From Narcine bancroftii (taxonomy: Eukaryota), in the NCBI RefSeq assembly GCF_036971445.1, contig NC_091477.1, forward strand, positions 94,550,001-94,614,000: a stretch of 64,000 nucleotides of DNA, in the 5' to 3' direction. Position numbers and translations under genes: made by a program. Position 1 is the stretch's first letter. Every line of letters starts with the position of its first letter. Of the stretch, positions 37,501 to 48,813 are shown in pieces. Below the pieces are notes generated by a model. It had not been told where the DNA came from, did no database searches, and was given only the letters and a program-made list of their open reading frames with translations.

Positions 37501-39846
37501 TGGCTTCAGGATCTGCTGTATTATAAAACTAAAGCTAATAAAATTTCAAAAGACTGAAGTTGAACGAACTGATGAGCTTTTGTTCTAAAGTTAATAAAAG
37601 CCTATCCATGCTGCTCGACTGTTCTGCACTGGGCAGGGAGCTGTGGAACATTCTAGGGGAAGATACACTAGCTGGGAGGACAACTGGGGAAAAATGGCAG
37701 GTTTTTATGGACATTTTTCACAGGATTCAGGACAAATTTATTCCAAAGTGGAGGAAAGGCTCTAGGAGATGCAAATGCTAGCCCTGGCTAACTAAGGAAA
37801 TCAAGTGCATTATCAAGTCCAAAGGGAGTAATTATAAGATAGCGAAGCGGAGTGGGAAATTAGAGGATTGGGAAACCTTCAAAGAACATCAGAGGGTAAC
37901 TAAGAAAGCCATAAGAGACGGGAAAATGAAGTACGAGAGGAAATTAGCAGATAATATTGCGGAGGATAGCAAAAGCTTTTTTAAGTATGTAAAGAGGAAG
38001 AAATTGGTTCGGTCTAAAATTGGCCCTTTGAAAATGGGCAAGGGTGAAATTATTACCGGAAACAAGGAGATGGCAGAGGAATTTAACAAATACTTTGCAA
38101 CTGTCTTCACCAAGGAGGATATAGGTTATAGTCAGTTAGGGGTTAGTGGTCATGCGGTACCAAGAGACTTGGGGAACTTTACTGGGGAGGTAGGGGATCT
38201 AATGGATATCCGGATCCAGAAGCAGGAGGTTATGAGTAAATTGTTGGGACTGAGGGCTGATAAATCCCCAAGGCCTGATGGGCTGCATCCTAGGGTGCTT
38301 AAAGAGGTGGCTATGGAAATTGTGGAGGCACTGGTTGACATTTTCCAAAGTTCCATAGATTCCGGGGAGGTCCCTGAGGATTGGAGAGTGGCTGATGTGG
38401 TGCTGCTTTTTAAGAAAGGAGGGAGGGAGAAAACAGGAAATTATAGACCGGTTAGCCTGACATCAGTGGTGGGGAAGATATTGGAGTCCATCATAAAAGG
38501 AGAAATAGCAGAACACTTAGTCAGTAATAATAGTATAAGAGCTAGTCAGCATGGATTCCTTAAGGGTAAGTCATGCTTGACTAACCTTCTGGAATTTTTT
38601 GAGGATGTGACAAAGAGGGTGGACTCGGGAGAGCCAGTGGATGTGGTGTATTTGGACTTCCAGAAGGCCTTTGATAAGGTACCACACGGGAGTCTAGTGG
38701 GCAAGATCAGGGAGCATGGTATTGGAGGTAAGGTGCTGACATGGATAGGAAATTGGTTAAGAGATAGGAAACAAAGGTTGGAGTAAATGGGTCTTTTTCA
38801 GTATGGCAGGATGTGACGAGTGGAGTGCCTCAGGGATCGGTGTTGGGTCCTCAGTTGTTTGTAATTTATGTTAATGATTTGGATGAGGGGATTATAAATA
38901 ACATGAGCAAATTTGCAGATGACACTAAACTGGGTGGCGGTGTGAGGAGGATGTAAGGAAAATGCAGAGGGACTTGGACAGGCTGGAGGAGTGGGCGGCT
39001 AAATGGAAGATGAATTTCAATGTGAACAAATGTGAGGTTATTCATTTTGGGGAAAGTAATAGGAAAGCTGAGTATTATTTAAATGGAGACAAGCTAGGGA
39101 GTGGGGAAGTGCAAATGGATCTGGGTGTACTTGTTCACCGGTCACTGAAGGCTAGCATGCAGGTTCAGAAAGCTATGAAGAAGGCAAATGGAATGTTGGC
39201 TTTCATAAAGAGGGGATTGGAGTATAGGAACAGACGCCCTTCTGCAGTTATACAGGGCCCTGGTGAGACCCCACCTGGAGTATTGCATCCAGTTCTGGTC
39301 TCCAAACTTGAGGAAGGACATACTAGCTATAGAGGGTGTGCAGCGCAGATTTACAAGGTTAGTTCCAGGGATGGCAGGGTTGTCATATGCAGCAAGGCTA
39401 GAAAAACTGGACTTGTATCCATTGGAGTTTAGAAGGATGAGGGGGGACATGATTGAGGTATACAAAATCATCAGGGGGATAGACAAGGTGAAGTCTGATT
39501 ACTTGTTCCCAATGATGGGGGAGACGAGGACTAGAGGGCATAGTTTAAGAATATAGGGTAGGCCCTTTAGGACGGAGATGAGAAAGCATTTTTTTACCCA
39601 GAGAAGTGTGAATCTGTGGAATGCTCTGCCACAGAGGGTGGTAGAGGCGGATTCGCTGACTATGTTCAAAAGAGAGTTAGATAAGACTCTTGTGGGTAAT
39701 GGAGTTAAGGGTTAAGGGGATAAGGCTGGAAAGGGGTACTGATGGTAATGATCAGCCATGATCTAAAATGGCGGTGCTGGCCCGACGGGCCAAATGGCCT
39801 ACTCCAGCTCCTATTGTCTATTGTATACATAGAGTGGTTTACCACA
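34519..39846 (-). mobile_element. Gypsy LTR retrotransposon, decayed, with a CR1 inserted in its 5' LTR
   Basis: 3' LTR 34519-34718. 5' LTR ~37545-37654 plus ~39825-39846. 5-bp TSD GTGGT (34514-34518 / 39847-39851). Integrase (PFECPSVDFKGPLP, ERENATVLKAV), RNase H (KIKNYKILKWRIEL) and gag remnants. Confidence 0.85.
37655..39824 (+). mobile_element. CR1 LINE, 5'-truncated, relatively young
   Basis: [72 protein letters not shown]. Few frameshifts. (ctattgt)2 tail. Confidence 0.95.
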
Positions 39847-40729
39847 GTGGTAACGTTTTGGTTACAAGGGTGACTGTGACACATCCTCACTGTTGATTGA
39901 GATTTACCTCCTGATCATGTTGAGGTTATGCCAAGATTTTAATAGAAGTCCTCGGAATGATTGATTTAATGGAGTTGGGTGCCATTTGTCTGCTGTCATT
40001 TAATGTCATCGTATTTTGGAATGTGGGCTGTCCAGCTGTTATTCATAATGGATTGAATGTTGCCATACTTAACCCAAGAAGCAAACATTCTGGCTAAAAT
40101 ATTGACATTATCTTGCAGACTTCACTCAATTTCAGGCTGTCTGGGCCAGCCATATATTCTTTTTAAAAGCATTGATAGCATTTAAAATTTATGATGTGCC
40201 AAAATCTTTCATAAGAAATAAATTATTAATCTTGGAAAAATTTGTAAATGTAACTGCCTCATTATTAAAACCAGTAAGATTTAAAATGTAGATCTAAAAC
40301 TTCAATTGATGGAACACTTTGACTGGGTCTCCCATCAATTGCTTGAAACTCTTTCTCTCCTTAATGTCTGTCTCTTGCATTTTCTTAACACACTGCTTTT
40401 TTGACAGCAAATCTTCTTTTGATGGCCAAATTAAAACTGTTATTCTTCTAGGCTCTAACATCAAAGCTTACTTTCTTATTGAACTTAATCTTATTAGAAT
40501 TTATGAAAAGCTCTCCCACTCTTATTAAAATCCTACCACATTTTCCCTTAATGCCAGGATCATTCCTCATTTCAACCACATTGAAAAACTGCCAGATGGA
40601 AATCCTACCCAACATTCATATTCTCATCATCAACACCACTAATTGCAATTATTAAATCATGACTATCTACAGCCGCAGCAAGATTTATCAATATGCACAT
40701 CCTTGGCCGATCTTCCCTGGAAAATCTAC

Positions 40730-41000
40730 TGCGATTAAATGCTTTGAGAAGTTGATCATGACCAGAATTAACACTTACCTAAGCAGAGATGTCGATCTAC
40801 TCAATTCGCCTATTGTCACAATTAGTCCAGAGCAGATGCAATATTCTGGCTCTCCACTCAGGTCTGGATCACCTCGAAAACAGCAACTCGTATATACGGC
40901 TGCTCTTCATAGACAACAGCTCAGCCTTCAATTCCATTATTCCCTCAGTGCTGGTCAAGAAGCGCCAGACCCTGGGCCTCTGCACCCCCCCCTGCAAAAA
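40730..41000 (+). mobile_element. Rex1/Babar RT fragment
   Basis: KCFEKLIMTRINTYL and HLENSNSYIRLLFIDNSSAFNSIIPS. Confidence 0.8.
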
Positions 41001-41229
41001 GCAAGCTGCAAGATCCCTTTTAGTGTGATGCGACGAAGGACAAATGGGGCACTCGTGTTGACCTAGCCGATATTTGTGAGAAGGTGTCATCCAGAACACT
41101 GAAAGGATCCCAAATCCCCGTGTGCTGAGCAAGATGTACCCACGTGACTCAATGAGCTTTCAGCACATTTCCTATAATGACATCTCTTCAATTGAACCTA
41201 ATTTCAGAAGCTGAGTGCAGTGATCAGCT

Positions 41230-41381
41230 GCAATACAGTTGTGCTGGAGAAACTCAGCAGGTCATGCAGCATCCGTAGGAAATTAGGATAACCAACGTTT
41301 CATGTCTGAACCCTTCGTCATTCCTCACTTCCTATGGATGCTGCATGACCTACTGAGCTTCTTTAGCACTTTTGTGTATTG
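41230..41381. repeat. Palindromic repeat, probably a Penelope-like pseudo-LTR derivative
   Basis: 40-bp arms 41241-41280 and 41330-41369 are near-perfect reverse complements, extendable to ~41230/41381. The loop carries a hammerhead-like core on the - strand. Confidence 0.6.
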
Positions 41382-42750
41382 CACTCCAGAATCTGTGGAT
41401 TTTCTTGTTTCACTGCAATAATCAGCTAAGAAGATCAGTTGCCTTGATTTTGCATACTTAGTAGCATCAAAGGAAGGTGCATTTCCTAGTAAATAGCTTC
41501 ATCAAGAGCTGTGATTTAAACCCTAATTGTCTTGAGTTACCTGTAATTGTTATTGTGTAAAATTGATTTTGAAAATCTGTCACATACCCCAAAAGTTAAT
41601 GGTAATATAGAGTAATTTTGTTAATCAATGCATTACCATTCGAACTTGATTGCCTATCTTAACAGCCAATTGAATAGAATTTTTAATTGGCAGAATAAAA
41701 CGGAGGAGCTCAATGCAATTGATGTGCACCTCCATCCTTGTGAACAAATGTGTTTTTGAATGATAAAGATTGTGTTTCCCAAACTAAGACTTTCATACCT
41801 TGATAAAGGGCTCAGACCCAAAATGTTGGTTATCCATCTTTATTTTTGCTATATAAAGTAGACTGTTTGACCAGCTGAGTTTCTCCAGCATTGTGTTTTA
41901 CTTTAACCATGGTATCTCCACCAAACAGTTGTTTAAGCAATCCATTGTTGCTTCTTTGTGGTGGAATTTCAACACAATGAACAAAATAAGGTTCATCAAC
42001 TTTCCCTCCATGTTGCGAGCATATTCAACTGGAACTTTTAAGACATTTGCTAATCTGAAACAGACAGAAAATAATGCCAAAAGGTTCTGCTGAAGGGTCT
42101 CTGACCTGAATGTTAATTCTGTTTCTTTTTTCACCAATGCCAAATTTTTCCAGCATTTTGTATTTATTTCAGATTGCTAGCATTTTTTTGGCAGAAATTT
42201 GCTAAACTTGAAAGTTGGAGATAAAATAGAATGTTTGTGAAAATTTATTCTGTTGAGGGTTTTTTTTAAATTAAATGTACTAGACTACTGTTCGGCAAGT
42301 GCCCATTTTGTGCAATGATTATGAAGGTGAGCTCATTTTGTGGAACAATACATTGTGTACCACACAATGAAAACTTTTTAATAATTTTTATCCTGATGGC
42401 TGCAGAGATAAGGTTACAATGATCATCATAATTTGATCAAGTTTATCCCTGGGTTTAGTTGAGTTTGTTGCTCTTGGAGCAGAGGAGGTTGATTGGAGAT
42501 CAAGTGCTGATTATTAGATGAGAATAGATGGGGACTTGTTGGTCATCATGAACATGGGGAACCTATTTGGTTTGTGACTCTATTCACCTGAATTATTTTT
42601 TGCATTGTGAAATGGAGTCCAATGGCACGTTTGTTAGTCAGTGGCAATTGTGTGAAACTTGACAATATTGATATAATTTTAATAAACACAACTACATTTG
42701 GTAGTTTTCAAACTTGATTAAAATAATATGTGACTATTTCTCCATTACAG

Positions 42751-42868
42751 GTTAGCCATGGGTGTATTATTTGCTTTGTTAGTTGTTTGGACTCCTATGG
42801 TAAAAGAGGGCACTGAGTTTCCTATGTATTATTATGGAGTCCTGCTGTTCAGTTATGCCTTGCATCAG
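42751..42868 (+). CDS. SLC33A1: SLC33A1 coding exon 4 (not in the ORF track)
   Basis: ttacag|(R)LAMGVLFALLVVWTPMVKEGTEFPMYYYGVLLFSYALHQ|gtgagt. 118 nt, phase 2 to 0. Confidence 0.96.
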
Positions 42869-44437
42869 GTGAGTGAGTGCATTGGGGAAGTTTAGTACTT
42901 TGCATTAAAATAATTATCTTTTGTAATGAGTCATGCATTTATTTGAAAAGGGCAAATTGTATCTACCAAATTCTCAAAGATCAAAACTTAAGCTTTTCAC
43001 GTTGTGCTTTAGAGCAAGCAGATATAAAATCCAACAAGTGAACTTCTGAGTTCCAAATCTTGAGCCAGTGCTTGCCTTGCTCTTTAATTCTGAGGTGGTT
43101 ACTAATGTCTATTTATTTTAAAAAGAGATAGAATTTGGTTCTGAACATGAAATAAGGACTGCAGTTTGTTTCCTCTTATTCATAATATCAAAGTTGGTAA
43201 ACAGTTGGTGGCCAGAATTCTCTGCACACAGACTTGTTTTCCTTTGTTTCAAGGTTTCTTTCTCTTTGGACGTGCCTCTAGGCCAAAAATAACTTCTCCA
43301 TATCTGAGATGCTGTGGTGGCAACATAGTGTATAATGGTGCTTTACTCTGTCCTAATTGAGGTCAGATTCAAAATCTGTCTAAAATGAATTATACTCTAA
43401 ACAACTGATCATCCAAATTAGTGTATTATAACTTTTAGTTCAGGGAATGTGCCAAAGAGTGAGACATCAACGTGATAATGTATTAATTAAAGTTGGTTTT
43501 GGACTGATGAAAGTCAATTTTTTAATCTTTTCTGAATTACAAGAATTTGCTCCACAAAAAAATGTAAAAGCGCACTGCTCCTATCAGCTAAACAGTAGCA
43601 ATAAACATAACTTGAAGTCAGATACCTCTTGCTTACTTTTGGATAAAAAAATGAGAAAAAGAACTTCATAATGGATACAAAAGTAGATTGGGGTGCAAAA
43701 TCAACCGATCATTAGAAACATGCTGGGTCTTTTTCAATTATTAAGGTAGATTTTAAAATTCTAATCCATGTTGCATGTCAACAAAGTAAGAAATGTCCCA
43801 TGAGACAAGAACTACAGATGCTGGAATTAAATGTTGATTAAATATTTGAGACTCTTTCATCCAGAATAAAATTTCAGAAGATCTATATTTAGTCAGTTGA
43901 TAATTTACTTCTCAAAATATTATTTGGAAAATATTCATTAATTGAAAATTATTTGCACTCCTTAGTTCAAGACTTTCATTTCTGATGGAAATCTGTATAC
44001 AAATTTCTGTATACAAATATTTTCCAAGCATTGATTATTTTATCAAAAAAGTAGAATTTCTTGATATCAAATCTAAATTTGCCTTTTAATTACTTTGTCT
44101 CATACTTCTGCATTAGATTTTGGCTCATCTTATTTGGCCTTTTCACATTTTATTCAGACACCTTAATTCTATTATATCCAAATTCTGGCACTGTTTGTCA
44201 ATATCACCAGTTTGTGTATCTTAAATTATTGGATTAAATTTAGAAAAGTAGTAATTTTGACATTCAGATCCAAATAAAAATAATCAGTTTAATCTTTTTC
44301 ACATTGCTTGTTTTATATGCATTGCAGCTTTTATTTATCTTGTGTTGAGTTCATCATAGGTTATTTCTTTAAAGGGGCATTTTACTTGAATAATTTTTGT
44401 CTTGACTAATTGTTTTTAAATATTCTTCCCTTTTCAG

Positions 44438-44653
44438 GTGGCTGTCTATAGTATGTATGTTGCAGTTATGGCATTTAATGCTAAAATTAGTGATCCTTCG
44501 ATTGGGGGGACATACATGACTTTATTGAATACCATCTCTAATCTTGCTGGAAACTGGCCAGCAACATTAGCTCTTTGGTTGGTGGATCCACTTACTATCA
44601 AAAAGTGTTCAGGTGTACCAGAACAAAGTTGCAGATCAGCAGTGGATTCTGAG
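44438..44653 (+). CDS. SLC33A1: SLC33A1 coding exon 5
   Basis: tttcag|VAVYSMYVAVMAFNAKISDPSIGGTYMTLLNT...DSE|gtgagt. 216 nt. Confidence 0.97.
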
Positions 44654-44797
44654 GTGAGTTTTCCATCACTAAAAGATTAATAAATTCATGATGCACAGCA
44701 TTATATGTGTGAGAACTTTTCATACTTGATCACAACAAATCAGATTTGTTGGTTTAAATTGAAACTTTTTTGCATCTTTCTTTTTGTTCCCACACAG

Positions 44798-44965
44798 CTT
44801 TGTGTTAAATCTGGTGGTTCTTGTTCAACTATAAGTGATGGCTATTATGTAGAATCAATATGCTGCTTTCTTTTTGGACTTCTGTGGTGGCTTCGCTATG
44901 GAAACAAATTCAGAAATCTGCAGGATGAGCAACCAACCACATGGCAGTGCAAGAGGAATAATTGA
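44798..44965 (+). CDS. SLC33A1: SLC33A1 coding exon 6 (terminal)
   Basis: cacag|LCVKSGGSC...DGYYVESIC...WQCKRNN-TGA. 168 nt. The spliced CDS totals 1632 nt, or 543 aa. Confidence 0.97.
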   Translation, partial: LCVKSGGSCSTISDGYYVESICCFLFGLLWWLRYGNKFRNLQDEQPTTWQCKRNN

Positions 44966-45587
44966 GGTGTTAACAATTGGAAATTGGGAGCTTTATGAAA
45001 TTTAAATCACTAGGTAACTTTCAAGAAAATAGTTTAAAAATGTATTTTATCTGTTTTATAACGTTTATTTTGAATACTGTCCATATGATAAGTGGTGATG
45101 GTATTTATAGCACTCATTTTAATGGCTTTTTTTGTTCGCTTTAGTTCGAGTTAAAATGACTTACCTATGTCACAACATTCCTGTATAATATTATACATTA
45201 TTTCAGATGTCATGAACAATATTTTTACAAAAAAGTTAGTATAAACTGAATTGCATGGCTCTCCGAGAGAGTGGATGATCCATTTTGGAAGCTTACCATT
45301 CTTCACTGAAAATGAACATTTCTGTGTTTTAAAGGGTAATTGTTTAAAACGCGGTTGGTAAAGTAAAACCAATTGTACTACTTAATTGCATTGAAAATTC
45401 ATAGAAACATTTTGGTCAATTTACATTAAAAATTATCTTGTGTTAAATGTTGAACATTACCCTGCTTGATTATTGTACCATACATGCCCTTTTAATTTTT
45501 GTTTCTTCACATAGTGAGGAAAAAAAACCCAAGATAATATAGATACTAGTGTCACACTACTTCAACTAATTTGAAATTTAAAATACA

Positions 45588-45705
45588 AATAAATTGGGAC
45601 AAACCTAAAAGAGAAAATGCTATAAACACTCAGAGGTTATGCAGTGTCTGTATAAAGCGAAACAGATCCTTTATTGTGTGACAAATCTCCAAGTCGCAAA
45701 ATAAA
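45588..45705 (+). terminator. Candidate SLC33A1 polyadenylation signals
   Basis: AATAAA at 45588-45593 and 45700-45705 after an AU-rich 3' UTR. Which one is used cannot be told from sequence. Confidence 0.35.
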
Positions 45706-46345
45706 AGCTTGCAAATGTAACATTAAATGGATTCCATCAAAAGTGACTACATTATCTCTAGTCCTTGTTCTTGTATTTTCCGGGATGTCAACTACAAGAT
45801 TAGTAAACACATTTTGGCTCTTGCATACCCTGTATTCCTGTTATAGTTTGTCAAATACAACAAAAATCTTTGATGATAAAAAAAATTTGATTAAAAAGTT
45901 TGCTCTAAGACTTTGGTACTCTACGCGTGTGGGCAAAATTCTGACTTGCATCCATTCCGGGATATGACAGATCCTTGGTCCCAAATATGGTCTTAAGTCG
46001 GGGACTCCCTATATTGTGCAGACGGCCTATGTTGGTAGAAGACCTTTTGTAAGATGGATATAGAGTGCAAAGCTAATACCAATGAGCACAAAAACTTTAC
46101 ATTTTCCAGTCATGGCTGCTAACATCAATGTATCAATTTGCTTTTGTCCACTACTTCATCATTCCCTCCACTTATCAGAAGTTGCTTGATGTGCCTTCTA
46201 CTCTGAACGTAGCAGAGGTATCCAACTTTTTATTTACCAGCTGTTAAATGGGCTTATTATTTTTGTATGTTTCAATCTTTTATTTGCTGGTACTTGCTTC
46301 TGTACTCATTTGTTGAATCATTGATGGGCTGTATTTGATCAATTC

Positions 46346-47775
46346 TTTACATTTCTTTGGCTTGGCTTCGCGGACGAAGATTTATGGAGGGGGTAAAAAG
46401 TCCACGTCAGCTGCAGACTCGTTTGTGGCTGACAAGTCCGATGCGGGACAGGCAGACACGGTTGCAGCGGTTGCAGGGGAAAATTGGTTGGTTGGGGATG
46501 GGTGTTGGGTTTTTCCTCCTTTGCCTTTTGTCAGTGAGGTGGGCTCTGCAGTCTTCTTCAAAGGAGGTTGCTGCCCGTCAAACTGTGAGGCGCCAAGATG
46601 CACGGTTTGAGGCGTTATCAGCCCACTGGCGGTGGTCAATGTGGCAGGCACCAAGAGATTTCTTTAGGCAGTCCTTGTACCTTTTCTTTGGTGCACCTCT
46701 GTCACGGTGGCCAGTGGAGAGCTCGCCATATAACACGATCTTGGGAAGGCGATGGTCCTCCATTCTGGAGACGTGACCCATCCAGCGCAGCTGGATCTTC
46801 AGCAGCGTGGACTCGATGCTGTCGACCTCTGCCATCTCGAGTACTTCGACGTTAGGGATGTAAGCGCTCCAATGGATGTTGAGGATGGAGCGGAGACAAC
46901 GCTGGTGGAAGCGTTCTAGGAGCCGTAGGTGGTGCCGGTAGAGGACCCATGATTCGGAGCCGAACAGGAGTGTGGGTATGACAACGGCTCTGTATACGCT
47001 TATCTTTGTGAGGTTTTTCAGTTGGTTGTTTTTCCAGACTCTTTTGTGTAGTCTTCCAAAGGCGCTATTTGCCTTGGCGAGTCTGTTGTCTATCTCATTG
47101 TCGATCCTTGCATCTGATGAAATGGTGCAGCCGAGATAGGTAAACTGGTTGACCGTTTTGAGTTTTGTGTGCCTGATGGAGATGTGGGGGGGCTGGTAAT
47201 CATGGTGGGGAGCTGGCTGATGGAGGACCTCAGTTTTCTTCAGGCTGACTTCCAGGCCAAACATTTTGGCAGTTTCCGCAAAGCAGGACGTCAAGTGCTG
47301 AAGAGCTGGCTCTGAATGGGCTTTGCCCTCAGACAGCTCCAAGAAAAATGCAGAGAACAAAACAAAGGACTCTACATCACCTTTGTTGACCTCACCAAAG
47401 CCTTCGACACCGTGAGCAGGAAAGGGCTTTGGCAAATACTAGAGCGCATCGGATGTCCCCCAAAGTTCCTCAACATGATTATCCAACTGCACGAAAACCA
47501 ACAAGGTCGGGTAAGATACAGCAATGAGCTCTCTGAACCCTTCTCCATTAACAATGGCGTGAAGCAAGGCTGTGTTCTGGCACCAACCCTCTTTTCAATC
47601 TTCTTCAGCATGATGCTGAACCAAGCCATGAAAGACCCCAACAATGAAGACGCTGTTTACATCCGGTACCGCACGGATGGCAGTCTCTTTAATCTGAGGC
47701 GCCTGCAAGCTCACACCAAGACACAAGAGAAACTTGTCCGTGAACTACTCTTTGCAGACGATGCCGCTTTAGTTT
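46346..47775 (-). mobile_element. Young RTE-clade LINE, 5'-truncated with a 5' inversion
   Basis: - strand 3' part 46352-47321 and + strand inverted part 47321-47774 (FVDLTKAFD, GVKQGC, LFADD). Flanked by an exact 122-bp duplication at 46224-46345 / 47776-47897. Confidence 0.95.
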
Positions 47776-48014
47776 AACTTTTTATTTACCAGCTGTTAAA
47801 TGGGCTTATTATTTTTGTATGTTTCAATCTTTTATTTGCTGGTACTTGCTTCTGTACTCATTTGTTGAATCATTGATGGGCTGTATTTGATCAATTCACG
47901 AATAACTAAATGTACTGCAGTGGTCATCACTAACCTGTTTTTGAGTGATTATTGCATGTATTTTGTTTTGATGTGTTGATAATGCAATTGTGAAGTGCCT
48001 GACAAAACTAGAAA

Positions 48015-48280
48015 ATTTTAAATTTAAATTAGACATACAGCACTGTATCAGGCCAATTTGGCCCTACGAGTTTGTGCCGCCCATTTTACTCCTATTAAAC
48101 TACACTCCTTAACATTTTTGAAGGGTGGAAAGAAACCAGAGACCCCGGAGAAAACCCACATGGACATGGGGAGAACATACAAACTCCTTACAGACGGCAC
48201 AGGATTTGAACCAAGGTCCGGTCCGGAACACTAGCGCTGTAAAGGCGTTGTGCTAACCACTACTCCAACTGTGTTGCTCC
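48015..48280 (-). mobile_element. tRNA-derived V-SINE-like element
   Basis: Reverse complement resembles the 57748 SINE: A/B-box head, gggttttctccgggg..tctggtttc V-domain, AT tail. Confidence 0.75.
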
Positions 48281-48564
48281 AGTTTTTTTTAAATCTCTCA
48301 ATTAAAATCATAAAGTAGCTGCTTGACGAGTACATATTCCATGAGTCTAATATATCTTTTATCATGGCAAGTATCCACAGAATAAATTATACTAACTATC
48401 CAAGAATTCATTGGAGGTACCTTTGCAGTCACACATTTCCATCAGCCAATTGAGAAGGGCAGTTGATCCATGGTAACATCACCATGTCAAAATTTCTCTC
48501 CTTGGTGTTGTATCAAGATTTGGTTTCAAGGGAACATCTTCATCAGAATAATTAGCAAACAACA

Positions 48565-48800
48565 ATATGATAGCCGAGATATTGCCATAAGTGCAATGCT
48601 GTTATAGCACCAGCAATTGGGACACAGGCTCAAATCCTTTGCTGACTGAGTGGGTTTCCTCTGTTCCCCTAGTTTTCTCCCAACGTTCGAAATATACTGG
48701 GGGTTGTAGGTCAATTGGATGTATTTGGTTAGCACAGGCTCGTGGGCTGAAGGGGTCTGTTACTGTGCTGTATATCTAGATTTTAAAAAATAAATTTAAT
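48565..48800 (+). mobile_element. Decayed V-SINE-like element
   Basis: gtgggtttcctctgttcccctagttttctcccaac core and gggctgaaggggtctgttactgtgctgtat 3' end. Confidence 0.6.
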
Positions 48801-48813
48801 GTAAATATGTAAT

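Noticed and set aside
46578-47435. 285-aa ORF with a novel N-terminus fused to RTE sequence
   Set aside because: An artefact of reading through the inversion junction at 47321.
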